Shown: piece after piece, positions 33,103-45,949 of the stretch
Layout of the letters: each line of letters starts with the position of its first letter
Numbering within the stretch: the stretch's first letter is position 1
NCBI GenBank assembly: GCA_963575745.1
Contig: CAUYUJ010000180.1
Span: 62,001-117,176, forward strand
Length of the DNA stretch: 55,176 bases
Direction: 5' to 3'
From: Prorocentrum cordatum
Lineage: Eukaryota
Made by a program: the position numbers and the translations under genes
The notes under the pieces: generated by a model
Told to the model about the DNA's origin: nothing
The model's input: the letters and a program-made list of their open reading frames with translations, nothing else
The model's database searches: none

Positions 33103-34889
33103 GGCGACCTGTCGCGCGATCGTGCGGTCGACGAGGGTCGACTCGCGCGGTCGCCTCATTCGGTGGAGGAGGAGGAGAAGGAGGAGGAGGAGACGGAGGA
33201 GGAGGAGGAGGAGAAGGAGGAGGAGGAGGACGGGAGGGGACGATCTGGAGGGAGTGGGAGGGATGAATCATCCCTCCCACTCCCTCCAAGCTCCCATATC
33301 ATCCCGGATGATATGGGAGCTTGGAGGAAGGAGTAGAGGAGCGAGCACGTCGGAGGGGCAGGAGAGGAAGGGGTAGGAGGAGGTGGTGGGAACGAGGCTG
33401 ACAGAGTGCTCCGCAGGTCGATCCATGCTCTGGCTGGATCCGCAATCGTGTTTTTGGGCCGATTGGCCCGCCTCGGGATGATGACGACTGGGTTTATATT
33501 GATTGCACTCGTGATGGGGGGCCCAGGTTTCTCCCTCGCTGCCTCGACGTGACAGTGAGTGGTATCGCCCGCGTTCCCCCGCCTCCGCGCCCTCCCCGTT
33601 CGCGGCCGCGGGTGTCCCGAGGATCCAGGATTCCCGAGGCGGGTCGATGGGCCAGCTTAGGTTTTTTTCGGCAGCAGGGGGGGGCACCTCTGCATCCCGA
33701 GCGGGAGGGTTGGCCAGGGGGGAAGGGAGGGGAGTGGGCGGGGTCGCAGTCTCACGTCGCGTCTTGGACGCCCGAGGCCATCAAGGTTGAATGCTTCCAG
33801 CTCGCGTCGAACGATCTGACGTTGCAGAAACGCGCGGTAGTTCGGGTTTAACGGCCCCCTTCCCAGGCCGATCTCCGCGGCGCCAGGAACCAGCGCCTGG
33901 GCAGGCGCGACGCGAGACCGCCGTAGCCAGAGGAGTAGGTAGGTGGCCCAGGGTGAATCGGGGCGAGTGCCCCCTCTCCTGCTTGCCGCGCGTCGCGCGG
34001 ATGATCTGAGATAAGATAAGATTGAAGAATGTGAAGTCGCGTGCGCATTCGTCGTGTGTGAGAAATGGCGGAGCGTGAATGGGGGGAGGGCATTAGCCTT
34101 GACCTCTCGGAGGGCAGTGTCCTTCGTGTATCCTTGGCGCCCCCCCTTGCTTGACCGCCCCACGTGTCTGTTGCCTCCCCCTCTGCTCTGCTGTCTCCTT
34201 CCGCCCCACCTCGCACTTCTTGTCCCCCTCCCTGCTCGCGCCACCACTTCTCAACCTCAGGCCGACTGCGGCGCGCTCAGTATTGCCATGGCCCCATCGC
34301 CAAACAAGAAGTCCCTCGAGTCACTAGGCTGCAGTGCGATCGACTCGGCCAACCCATGTCAGCCGAGTGCCAACGCAAGGGTCTTGGGATAGCGCATCCT
34401 TGCCCCCCCTCCCCCATCGGCTTCGTTCTCCAAGTCGGGGCGCTCTTTAACATATCCAAGGGCGTAACCATGAATACGATATACAACATCACGCATTGAC
34501 CGTACATATGGCACACGCATCACACGATTGTCAATGTTCTTGCGTAGCGTGCTATAGCTTTGGCATGGATATCACATCATGCATGCGGTGTACAGCATGT
34601 GTCATATGTATCGCTCAATCATCATGAACGGTATGTGGAATGTGGCGTTTAAAACACACCATAGTATGTACATTGATATTTTACTAATGCACGGCTCCGA
34701 ACGATGATGTGTAAGTTCGTACATTAGATACACCACGACACAGCTTTACATGATAAGCAGGTTTTCACGTGTTTTCTTTCCTTGGGCTGTGTGACGCTTT
34801 GGGGTTTTCATGTATTGTTTGCTTTTCTTTCTTGTGCATTTGACACGCTCCTGGGAACTGGTTCATCCGGGCCGGTCAAGCGATTGGAG

Positions 34890-35335
34890 AAGGCGAGGGA
34901 GATAATGGAGGAGGGGGGAGGAAGATGAGGAGAAGGAGGAGGAGGAGGAGGAAAAGAGGAGGAGGAGGAGGAGGAGGAGGAGGAGGAGGAGGAGGAGGAG
35001 GAGGAGGAGGAGAAGGGGCGGGGAGGAGAGAGCGCGAGAGGAGGAGGAAGGAAGGGAGGAGGGGCGAGCAATGGAGGGCAGCGAGGATGAAACATGGAAA
35101 GGGCAAAAAGGAATGAGGATGAGGAGGAGGAGGAGGGGAGGAGGGAGGAGGGAGAGTGGAGGAGTGAGGAGGAGAGGAGGCGGATGGTAGGAAGAGGATT
35201 CAAGGAGGAGGTGGAAGAGGGGGAGGAGGGCGAGCAATTGGACAACAGGCGAGGATGAACATGGAAAGGAGCGTGAGGAGGAGGAGGAGGAGGAGGAGGA
35301 GGAGGAGGAGGAGGAGGAGGAGGAGCAGGAGGACA
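34890..35335. repeat. (GGA)n purine-rich tract
   Basis: Direct reading; similar tracts at 36000-36570, 50160-50640, 51035-51295, 53460-53960. Confidence 0.9.
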
Positions 35336-37094
35336 ACATTGTAAAGGGGCAGGGGCGGGGGGAAAGGATGGAGGGGGACAGGAGAGCATGGTATCCTCAG
35401 ATTTGCGCCCGCAAGTTTCTGTTCCGTGCTCCTGTCACGGGTCTGGCTGCGAGCTTCCTCAGCAAGCTCGCAGCCTTTCCCGTGAGTGATGACTTTGTGT
35501 CGGGCGGGGAGGAGAAACGTAAGGATAACGACCTGCATGCCATGCTTATCCGATGGCCTGCACAGGCCCAAACCGTGCGGAGCACCGTCCGTCGGATTTT
35601 TGTTCCGTGGCGCCGGTGGTTGTTGTAGGCTGTCCAGATGGGTTCGAGTAGATTGGGTCGAAGGATCGCTCCGCATCGCCGATGCGGCTCGATGTGGAGT
35701 CATAATTTCTCCATGCCGATGCATCGCCGACGTCGCCGATGCATCGGTGATGCATCGGCGATGCCGCGCGATCCTTCGACCCCAGCTATTCGGACCCCCC
35801 ATCTATCAGGAGGGGAGACACACACAGACACATAATCGTCAATGCACATGGAAAACATAGGAAACGGTCGGAAGTGGATAGGGAGAGACGAAGTTCCAGA
35901 ACCTGCGGAGAAACAGGGGGGATATCCTGGGGTCCCTGCCTATCTATATTCGGGTGTCCCTGGGCCTCTTCAGTCTGGATCGAGGGCCAGTGTCGAAGAG
36001 AGGGAGAGGAGGAGGAGAAGGAGGAGGAGGAGGAGGATGTGGAGGAGCAGGAAAAGGAGGAGGAGGAGCAGGAGGAGGAGGAGGAGGAGCTGAGGGAGGA
36101 GGAGGAGGAGAAGGAGGGAGGAGGAGGAGAGGAAGAAAAGTCAGTAGTGGGAGGAAGGAGGAGGCGGAGGAGGAGGAGGAGGAGGAGGGCGGAGGAGGAG
36201 GAGGAGGAAGAGTAGAATTGGAGAACAGAGTGTGATGGATGAGCAGTATGAGGAGGGCGAGGCGGAGGGCGGAGGGCGAGGCGGAGCGGAGGCGGAGGCG
36301 AAGGAGTAGGAGGAGGAGGAGGAGGAGGAGAGGAGAGTAGGTAGGAGGAGGAGAGGAGGAGGGGGTGAGGAGGAGGATGGGGAGGAGGGGGGGAGGAGGA
36401 GGAAGAGGGAGGAGGAGGGGAGAGGAGGAGAGGAGAGGAGGAGAGAGAGGAGGAGAGAGGAGGAGGAGGATGAGGAGGAGAGAGGAGGAGGGGGAGGAGG
36501 AGGGAGGAGGAGGAGGAGGAGGAGGAGGAGGAGGAGGGAGTGATGAGGAGGTGAGAGGAGGAGGAGGATGATGAGGCATGGCGGATGGCGTGTCTGGTGG
36601 AATGATGTGAGGTCTGCTCTCCTTCTTCTTCTTCTTCTCTTTCTTCTTCGTCCTGTCTTCTTCTCGTCTACTTACGTTGCCTCTTACATGAGGAGAGGCC
36701 GACACGTCACGGGTCAAGGGGCTTCGGTGCCGCTCCTCGGGCGGAGGGGCGTGTCGGGGTGCGCCCTTCAGCAAGCGAGCGCGCCCGAGGGCCCTCGTCG
36801 AGCGACGAGAGCGCCCCCCCCCACTCCTGCGATGTCCATGTGGGACGCGCGCCGCCCCAAGCCCCCACGATGCCACTCCGACCCACACGCGGAGTGGAGG
36901 GGGGTCCGCCTGCTTCACCTCCGCCTCCCTCCTCCTCCCTTGCGCCTCCTCCTCCTCCTCCTCCTCCCTCCTCCTCCTCCTCCACACTCCGCCTCCTCCT
37001 CCTTCTCCTCCGTGCTACGCCTCCTCCTCCTCCTCCTCCTCCTCCACACTCCTTCTCCTCCACACTCCTCCTCCTCCTCCTCCTCCTCCGTTCC

Positions 37095-37876
37095 TTTCCC
37101 TTATGAATAATTTTTCTGTGTTGCACCCCGAGGCCAAATTTTAGGGCGGTCCGGGCGTTTCGCCTGAGACTGCCTCACCATTTATGATTCTGAAGCTTAG
37201 GAAGTGAACAGTTTCACGGATTGAGGGCGGTTCGTTTTCAAAATGTGGCTCTCGCTTTAGCGCCGCGCATATTCATTTGATAAATTGAAAACAGATTCAT
37301 GGATTGAGGGCGGGTCGTTTTCAAAATGTGGCTCTTGCATTAAAGCCGCGCAGATTCGTTTTCAAAATAAGCAAGAACTTCACGGGTTGAGGGCGGGTCG
37401 TTTTCAAAATGTGGCTCTCGCCTTAGCGCCGCACACATTCGTTGTAAACGCTGCAAGAGTTTCACGGATTGAGGGCGGGTGGTTTTCAAAAGGTGGCTCT
37501 CGCCTTAGCGCCGCGCGCATTCGTTGTAACAGTAAGCAAGAGTTTCGCGGATTCCCATGATCAACGTACCAGACATGGTGTTTTGGAAGGATTCAGGATT
37601 ATGCGGGTGTAATCATTATGTTGATTCGCGGTGTTGAAGTCCCAGACATAATTTTCTGGCACGGCTCTGGATCGTCAAGACACAGCAGTCAGGTTGATCC
37701 GTGGGGTTAATATCTGGAGAACAATGTTTAGGCATGCTTCAGGATTTTCAAACGGTTGTCTTCCAACGAGGCAGTTCCCTCAATGGAAATGAACCGTTGT
37801 AGGGGCCTGTGAAGAGGGGGCTTGGAGGGAGGGTTTATTCCAACATCTTTGATGACTCTTGGGTTTACACTGGTCC
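37095..37876 (-). mobile_element. Dispersed repeat family C (~0.75-1 kb, internal ~80-bp subrepeats), inverted copy
   Basis: Reverse complement begins ggaccagtgtaaacccaagagtcatcaaagatg, contains gcgcggcgctaaggcgagagccacattttgaaaacgacccgccctcaatccgtgaa subrepeats and agtctcaggcgaaacgccc, as in the 51-53 kb copies. Confidence 0.8.
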
Positions 37877-39169
37877 TCCTCTTCCTCCTCCTCCTCCTCC
37901 TCCTCCTTCGCCTCCTCCTCCTTCGCCTCCTCCTCCTCCTCCTCCTCCTCCTCCTCCCCCGCCTCCTCTTCCTCCTCCTCCTCGTACGCCTCCGCCTCCT
38001 CCTCCTTCTACCCGCGGGACACATACGGTCAACCCGCATGGTGAGGATGAGCCACCTCCCAAGGGTACCCCTTGCATTCTTGCCTCCTCGGTCATCTTCG
38101 GTCCATCCTCAGCCACGTTCTCAATGGCCAGTCCCGTTCGAAGAGCCTCGACACGGGCGTCCAAGGCCCTTGCATCCTTTCCGCGCGTCCTTGTATGGGT
38201 TGACTGGGCAGTCGACCCGCATAGTAAGGACGAGCCAGTCTCCAAGGCTGCCCTTGCGTCCTTCCCCTTCGGCCCATGCTTGGCCGCTTTCGCTGGCCGC
38301 GCCCCGTTCGCAAAGTGTCGACATGGCCCCCCAAGGCCCTTGATCCTCATCGTGCGCCCTTCTTGCATTGGTTGACTGTAGACGCAAGAGCGCTGGAGCG
38401 CTGATCTTCAGGAAGGTATGGGATGGCATGGGAAGTGGAGGGGAGCAAGGGCATACAGGACATGTGAGAACACATATATCATATATGGGAACTCCTGGAA
38501 CTTGTGTAGATTTGTTCTTCACGCTTCGTGTATACCCACCAGCCCATTAAGAACCGCCGCCGATGAGAGCTGATCTTCGTGAGGCCTTCTTGGGGTCTTG
38601 GGGCCATCTGGAAGGCTAAGGAGGGGTCCATTATCCCGACCGCCCCCAAGAGTCCTTGGAACCGTCGCTTGGGGTTCTCTTGGGGCCGTCTGGGGAGCCC
38701 CTTGGTCCCCTCTTTGGGCTCTCTTGGGCCATCTTGGGGCCATCTTGAGGCCACAGAAACCCGTCGGACGCGAACATGCGGGAAGGCAAAGCACTGTTTT
38801 TTTTTTTTTGTCCGAATGTTTTTTTTCAAGGATTTTGGGCTCCTGGGGGATTCTCGGGTGGCTCCGAGAGCACTTGGAGCCAGCTTGGGGCCTCTTGGAG
38901 GTATGTCAGAAGCTATCTTAGACAATCGTCGGCTGTGTTTGGCCATCTTGGAGGCCATCTTGGAGCATCGGAGACCCTATTAGAGCCATCTTGGGCGAAA
39001 AAGGACACCCTGACACCTCCGTCCCCTCCCGTCCAGACCCCTGGGAGGGGGTGGATGGAGAAGCAGTGGAAAGCTCCTCCATGAAGGGGAAAACGGGCGG
39101 GTGGAAAAAGAGGAACGGAATAGCTCGTGAAACCACCTGCGCCCAGAGGGCTAGTGGGATGTGCGTCTC

Positions 39170-39990
39170 CCTATGCTGATTGTTGTAATCTTTGTTGTTA
39201 TTTCTGGTATTTCTAATTCTTGGTATTGCTAGTGTTATCATTGTTCTCATTATTCGTAGTATTTTCATGCGTATTACGGTTGTTTTGTTTACACCATTAG
39301 TTTTGTTTGTTCTGGGCTTACTAGTCTGATTATCATTATTATAGCAGGTATTATTCGATTAGTTATGTACTAATGTATTTATGTTTCGATGCATCTGTCC
39401 TATTTATTTATGTATGTAGTATTCATTATTCGTAGGGCTTGCTGATTTATGTTATTGGTACTCTTATCATTGGTGCTGGCATCATTATTATCACGATTCG
39501 TAGGATTATTATGGTTATTCTGACGATGAGTCTGATGATTATTGACATTCGTAGGATGATTACGATGATTACGATTATTAGGATGATCATTTTTGTCATT
39601 CTTATTCATTAATATATATATATATTGTTATTGTTATTGTGATTTTTTTTTCTGATTACCATTCGTAGTATTATTTCCATTCATTGTATTGTCGTTTTGT
39701 TTTGCCATTCTTTATGCTATTGTTATGATTATTAGTATGATTACCATTATCAAGCTCAGGTTGTAGTAGTTTATTGATGTACTTTCCAATGCATTTATGT
39801 ATTGATGCATCTGTCTATATATTCACTCATTTATTAATCAACATGGGTAGGATTTGCCCATGTATTCAATTTTCTATTCTTACCATTTGCGTCAATGATG
39901 ATAATCACGACTGTTATGATCATGATGACTCTCGTTATTATCGTCGTTCTTTTAAACTACTTTTTAGTATTATTATAGTATACATATACA
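39170..39990. repeat. AT-rich degenerate (ATT/TGA) low-complexity region
   Basis: Direct reading. Confidence 0.8.
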
Positions 39991-40153
39991 TGTTATATAT
40001 GTACATGTGCCACATTTTTGAGGCCACGGCCTCAACGCCGTGCCCTGAGATGGCACGGCGTGTGGCCTCCCCGGAGCAGCGCGCACCGCTCCGGCGCGTT
40101 GGCTTCCCCTCGCCGCCTCGCTCCCCACTGGGGGGTTTCGTGGCCCCCCGCAG

Positions 40154-40220
40154 GTGCGAGGACGTGCGCGACCACATCAACGAGCTGTGCGAGCTGGCCA
40201 CGCGCGCGTCCGGCTTCATG
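40154..40220 (+). CDS. Isolated internal exon of probable host gene (CEDVRDHINELCELATRASGFM)
   Basis: ccccgcag|g acceptor, atg|gc GC donor (or 5 nt later), nearly all GC3 codons in an AT-rich context; phase 2 matches exon 5672-5732. Confidence 0.62.
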
Positions 40221-41521
40221 GCGGGGCGCCCGGCCAGAGCGGGACAGGGATGCGCACACATCTGTTTTTATATACACATATATATATACAGATATGTCCG
40301 CTTATCATTTATTCATGTTTTTGTGTATTTATTCATATGTGTATCTATCAATTTATTCAGTCATTCATCCATCCATTCATTCATTCAATCTGTATTCTAT
40401 ATTGTTCCAGTGCGTTTTGGAGCGCTCCGGAACGGCTGGCGCCCGATCTATCCTCCAGAGCCGCTGGACTGCCGATGTCCCCGATGTGTCCCTGTTCGAT
40501 GTTCTTCCCGTCCCGGTCTCGCCTTAGGAGGAGCACCGCAGAGGAGCGTTTTTGTTGGACGGTGGCTCCGTGAAAGGCGCACGGGGAGCATATGGAGTCC
40601 AGCCGATCGGCCGCACTTGAGACGACCAGCATCCTGAAAGGGTCTTGGTTGGATACGCGTACCACTACGAGCCCGATGCGACATCAGCCTTCGACATGTA
40701 GCTGCGAGGATGGGGTACGGCAGTTGACATGTTATGTTTTTTTTTTCACGTGATGTGTCATTCACCTATAGCAGCCTGATCAGGGGCGCTCCCTGGAAAC
40801 AAGATCTGCCCTCGAAAGAGTAACCTCTCTGTGAAGGCGATCTGCTTCCAGAGCGTTCTTACAGAGATGGTGGGAGTTCTCGGAAGTCGAGATGAGGCAT
40901 CGGTAGTTCTTGTGATCGCGTGGGGCGCTGGTGCCGGAAGGGTAAGCTGGTCGTGTGACAGAAAAGAGTCGCTCGTGCGGCGAGGGCGGGCTGTTCATGC
41001 GTCAGCTGCTCTTCTGATCGCTTGAGTCGTTCGTGTGGCATGGGTGCGGCGTTCTTTCCATATGAGCCTTCTGGCTTACGAGAATCATTCGGGGGCTGGT
41101 CGAGGTGTCTTGCGACGAGGAGGGTCGAGGATCAAAGTCAACGCACTAGTGTGTCTGGGTGTGAGTGAATCTGGGTATGAGTGTGTCTTAGTATCACTGA
41201 GTCCGAGTATGATTGAGTATGAGTGGGTCTGAGTGATAGCGCGCCCAGGTCGGGAGGGAGGGTGATGTCTGGATCCCAGGTCTCAATGTCGCCCCCAGGC
41301 CTTGCCTGAAGCCAGCTCTGGCTAGAATTTCGAGGCGAATCGTGGCGGCGAGGGCGCCTCAGGAGGCCACTCGAAGAAGTCGCCTAGAACACTTCGAGGG
41401 TCCGTCCACAGACTCGGGCCGCTCACGCCGTGCTTTCTCAACAACGTGGACCCCCTGGAGGTCCAGACAGGGCTCCAGGCGCAGGGCAGGCCTGGTGGAT
41501 TCAGAGGGGCTCTTTTTGATG

Positions 41522-41558
41522 AACCCTAAACCCCAAACCCTAAACCCTAAACCCTAAA
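41522..41558. repeat. Interstitial telomeric repeats (CCCTAAA)n
   Basis: aaccctaaaccccaaaccctaaaccctaaaccctaaa; further short arrays at ~42251-42290, 44508-44559 and 45368-45397. Confidence 0.9.
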
Positions 41559-42249
41559 AACTAAGAGCCTATAAATATTTAAATCCTGAAATGCCTTCCG
41601 CGTCCCTACAGTCCCCCCTTCGGCCGCCCCCCCCCCCATTTTGGCGCACCCCTCACGTAGATCCTTGCCCTCGGAGCGCCAGGAATGGCGTTCTGGGAGG
41701 ATCTGCAAATCCCAGGGTGCGCCCCTCACGCAGATCCTTGGCCTCGGAGCGCTTCGCGCGCGCGCGTCGCATCGCCCTTGCATCGGCCTTTGCGCGCCGC
41801 GGCGCAGTCCCGAGGATGCACAGGGGGATCCCTCTCTTCGGGGCGACGAGTCATCCCGCGCGCCTTGGGCAACCACTGCGTGCAACTTCGCCGCCGCTGG
41901 GCGGCGTCCCTGCGTCGCACAGGGACTCGCGTCAATAAACGTGGATCTTGCGTGCAACCTCTCCGCCGCTGGGCGGCGTCCCTGCGTCGCACAGGGACTC
42001 GCGTCAAAAAACGTGGTTCTTCAAATCGCGTCGTCACGCGCGCGGGCCGCATCGCCGTTGCAGCCGCGTCCCAGGTGTCTTTGCGCGGCCGCGTCGTCGT
42101 CGTTTTGAAAACAATATCAACGTCGTCGTCATCGGTGTCGTCCTCGTCGTCGTTTTGCGAGTCGCGTGTTGATACCGCATCGAGATCAATATGTCTTGGG
42201 TCATGGGTGGGTGGGACACGGTCAAGTGGGCTGCAAGTTTGGGCTAGTG

Positions 42250-44507
42250 GACCCTAAATCTCTAATCTCTATTATTATTAAACCCTAAATCCTTCAAAAC
42301 CGGTCGCTATGCAAACCCGCCTCCATCCTATGCAAAAAACACAATTTCCTGATCATGCGCTCTGAAAACGATGTTTTTTACAATGGATCGTGACCGGGTC
42401 TATCCGCGGGCCGGGCTGATCCCTGTCAAAAAACACTATATCCTGATCATGCGCATCGAATTTATCAGTCCTATGTTTTTTTCATACGTTTCGTGCCCAA
42501 CCGTGGTCGCGGGCGTGGATGCGTACCGGAGCTTATCCCTGTCAAAAAACACCATATCCTCGCAACTGCGTTCTTCTGATTCCCACTTTACCGATGAAAA
42601 AAACACAATATCCTTATCATCGCGCGCTTCTCAGGGTTACTTTCTTCTGAACAAAAACAATACATTCATTCAACTGCTCACTTCCGTTGTACACTTTCCA
42701 TTTTCGGTAATTACGTGCCATCCATGCTATGCGGCGGTCTCTTGTGTCTCACTCGGTTTCTATGTCCAGGAATGTTGTGCTATGTCATGCTTGGGGTTTG
42801 TTTCACGCCACGGAGTTATTCCTTTCAGGGCAACGTTGCGTGCTATGTTTCGTGGGTTCCCTATGTTGTCTCTGGCCTATTGGGTCACGGTGTAGGAGCA
42901 CTTTCCCAATATCTTTGGGTGCTTTTGTGATGCTTTGCTGCGCCGTTCCGTAGGCGTGATTTTAGCTCATTCAAGGTCTATTTCTATGTTATTTTCTGTG
43001 CAACCTAGTGGCTATGCTGTTTTCTGGGCGTCCATGAAAGGTATTGCTTGTCGGGGCTCGCATTCCGCATGCTCTTCTTTGCTTGTGGTTATTTGGGGTT
43101 CTTGCCCAGTGATTGGGTTCATTGGTCCACTATGGTTGGTGTATGGCGGGAATGCAGTCGGTAAGTCTGTGCAACACATCGGGCTGTATTGTTAACTGGG
43201 TGTATGCGTAAGTTGTTCGTAGCCAAGGCGTAGTCTTACGAGGGGGGTTCCAACATTAGTCCGGTCCATGCGGGTTTTAAACAAAATCGGAAGTCCATAA
43301 CTGCTCACACGGGACTGTATTTTAACTAGGGCGTTCGTACGCCGACACAGTTATCCGTCACAAACTACACGAATGTTGCAAGAACTGCCGACACGGGTGT
43401 TTGCAAACGGACACGGGTTGTACAAATGTCTGCTCTGCATTGCATAGTTTCATTTAACTGTGAAGCGTGTTTCTAGAACCACTTGGAACGCTGGTAACAG
43501 CCTGCACGGGTTTCAAGGGTTGCCGACGTACGTTGCCAGAACTTGGGCCACGATGATTTCCGAAACGGTTCTGAACTAGTTCGTATGATTGTTTATTGTA
43601 GCGAGTACCATTGTTTGTGTATAACTGCACAGACTTCCTTGAGTTGAGTTCCAAAGCCCGGACGGTACCCAGTAGCATCGTTACCACTAAGCTGGAATTC
43701 GAAGTTGGACCACCTATGTATACGTAAAAACTGGTCTTCTTGTTTCAGGTGTTCGCCGTTTGTGTGAGGTTTTCATACGCCGATGCGGCTATCGAAGACG
43801 GGCACGGAAGTCCAAATAAAAGGACCCGTCTTCTCCCAACCAAAATATGGCTGTACGTAACTGCCCTTCGGGCTTTCATAGCGGAGTTTGCGGTACCATG
43901 TGTGGGGGTCTATAACAAGTCACTCACAATTCAAGCCTTGCACCAAAGGCACAGCCACCACAGGTATAGCGAACCATGTAAATATGAGTCACGTGTCCGT
44001 GTATACGAACTCGCCCAGAAGAGCTACTTATGCAGTTTGCATAGGTTGCTATGGGCACCCCTATGCTATGCTACGCTATGCTACACGGGCAGCCTATTCC
44101 CTGCTGTGCCATGATATTCTAATCCATGCTATGCCGTTCTATGCTACACCATAGGTTCCCGACTTTGTGGTGAACCGATGCTGGGCCATGCTGTGCTATG
44201 CTTCGCTTTGCTATGCTCTGCTATGCTACACTATAGGTTTCCCACTTTGTGGGGAACCTATGCTTTGCCATGCTCTGCTATGTTGTGCTATGCTATGCAA
44301 TGCCATGCTACACTATATGTGTTTTGGGGGAACCTATGCTTTGCCATGCTTTGCTAAGCAATGCTATATCATGCTATGCTATGCTACAGCCACGCTATGA
44401 CAAGATAGAAGATATGATCTTTATGGGGGGGTGGAGATGCGGGGGGGAATGATGGCGACCGCAGGTGGGTTCCGTTGAAGGTTGTAATCGTGGCCAAGCC
44501 TGTTAGA
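42250..44507. mobile_element. Telomere-repeat-delimited unit D, long copy
   Basis: Begins accctaaatctctaatc..attattaaaccctaaa..accgg.cgc.atg..tatgcaaaaaa..tgatcatgcg and ends (ctatg)n..atgatctttatg.gggggtggagatgcggggggga.tgat..ccgcaggtg..ctgttagaccctaaa, as does 44508-45367. Confidence 0.65.
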
Positions 44508-45367
44508 CCCTAAACCCTAAACCCTAAATCTCTAATCCTTATAATTATTAAACCCTAAAGCCCGCTAGACCGGCCGCCATGTAAGCCCCCCTTTCTCTTA
44601 TGCAAAAAATACTATTTCTTGATCATGCGATCAGAAAACCATTTTTTTACAATACAAAGTGCCCGGCCGTGGTCGCAACCGGGGCCTTTCCATTGCAAGA
44701 AATATTATATCCTGATCATGCGATCAGAGAATTTTTTTTTACAATACAAAGTGCCCGGCCCTGGTTCGCGAACCGGTATGTAAACCGGAATTTTATATTG
44801 CAAAAAATATTATAAACTTAACCTTCTGCTTTTCAACATGCTCCATCCTATGCAATAAATACTTTATCCAGATCATTCTTTGTTTCTGATGTGCACTTTC
44901 CATTGTAAAAAAACAATATACACTCAACATTTTGATTTTGTACGATGTGTCCATGTCAATAATCCGTTGCAAAAAATACGACAGAGTGCACATGCGCGCG
45001 GCAGCCGCGCGCGCCTCGCAGCGCCTATCTGTTTAGCTATGCTATGCTATGCTGTGCTACAGCCACGCTGTAACAAAAGGTTCTCCAAATTTTTGGGACC
45101 TTGCCTCTTTGCTACCTCTGCTTCGCTACGCTATGCTACGCTACAGCCACGCTATAACATCAGGTTCCTCAAATTTTGGTGACCTCGCCTGTTTGCTAAG
45201 CGCTTGCTGTGCTATGCTATGCTGTGCTATGCTATGCTATGCTACAACCACGGTATACCATGAGAGGAGAGATGATCTTTATGTGGGGGTGGAGATGCGG
45301 GGGGGATTGATAGCCACCGCAGGTGAGTGCCTATGCAGGAAGGTATTCCTGGCCTTGCCCTGTTAGA
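44508..45367. mobile_element. Telomere-repeat-delimited unit D, short copy in tandem
   Basis: Shares both ends with 42250-44507 but lacks about 1.4 kb of interior. Confidence 0.65.
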
Positions 45368-45949
45368 CCCTAAACCCTAAACCCTAAACCCTGAACCTGG
45401 CTGCTCCAACTCCCTCCAACTCCGGTGGGTGAACTAGACGTGTGCACCAGGTTTTTGTAGCGGGCTTGCTCTCTCTCTCTCTCTCTCTCCGGTGGGTGGA
45501 CTAAAAGTGTCCACACGTGTCTCGCCAAGGCCTTGAGTTCTCAAAGCACGTCGGACCAAGATGTATACCCCCCTTCCCTCAACTTAAGAAGTGACGGGTT
45601 TGGGCGGTAGGCCAAAGGCCAGGGACATGATGTAGACACTTCAACTTTGGCTTTGGGGGGGCGGGGTGCGAAGCAAGGGCATTTCGCAGTTGTGATTGCT
45701 ATCGTGTTGCATCGCCTTGCCACCATGGGTGTGGATATTTATCGTCCGGACACCGTCTCTCTCTTTCCCCATTTCTATGTTGTCAAAGGGTTCTTGAGGA
45801 GCCGAAGCAAACATCATGATCCCCAAGGATTCCCATGTATTCTTGGGGATCCTGAAGGATGCCTCATACTACCTAAGGACCTCAATGGATTCTTTCAACC
45901 ACAGTCTTAATTGATGATGATTTTAGGCAGGATTCTTTTGTGATGAATC

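Noticed and set aside
31436..33289. 617-aa minus-strand ORF (also 27722-28588, 28661-29251, 30652-31542, 23653-24237)
   Set aside because: Antisense shadows of GC3-rich + strand exons plus GGA repeats.
33750..34392. Possible fourth small spliced gene after gene 3
   Set aside because: Short frames on both strands with no consistent splice model or motif.
40600..41100. Possible RTE-type LINE 3' remnant on the minus strand
   Set aside because: Only a frameshifted RIGL word; unsupported.
41636..41648. ccattttggcgca spliced-leader-like word
   Set aside because: Too short and not followed by a credible CDS.
43200..44000. Possible LINE RT or GIY-YIG remnant on the minus strand (YVYIGG, LELNSRKS, SWPKFW)
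   Set aside because: Short words in different frames with wrong spacing; needs BLASTx.
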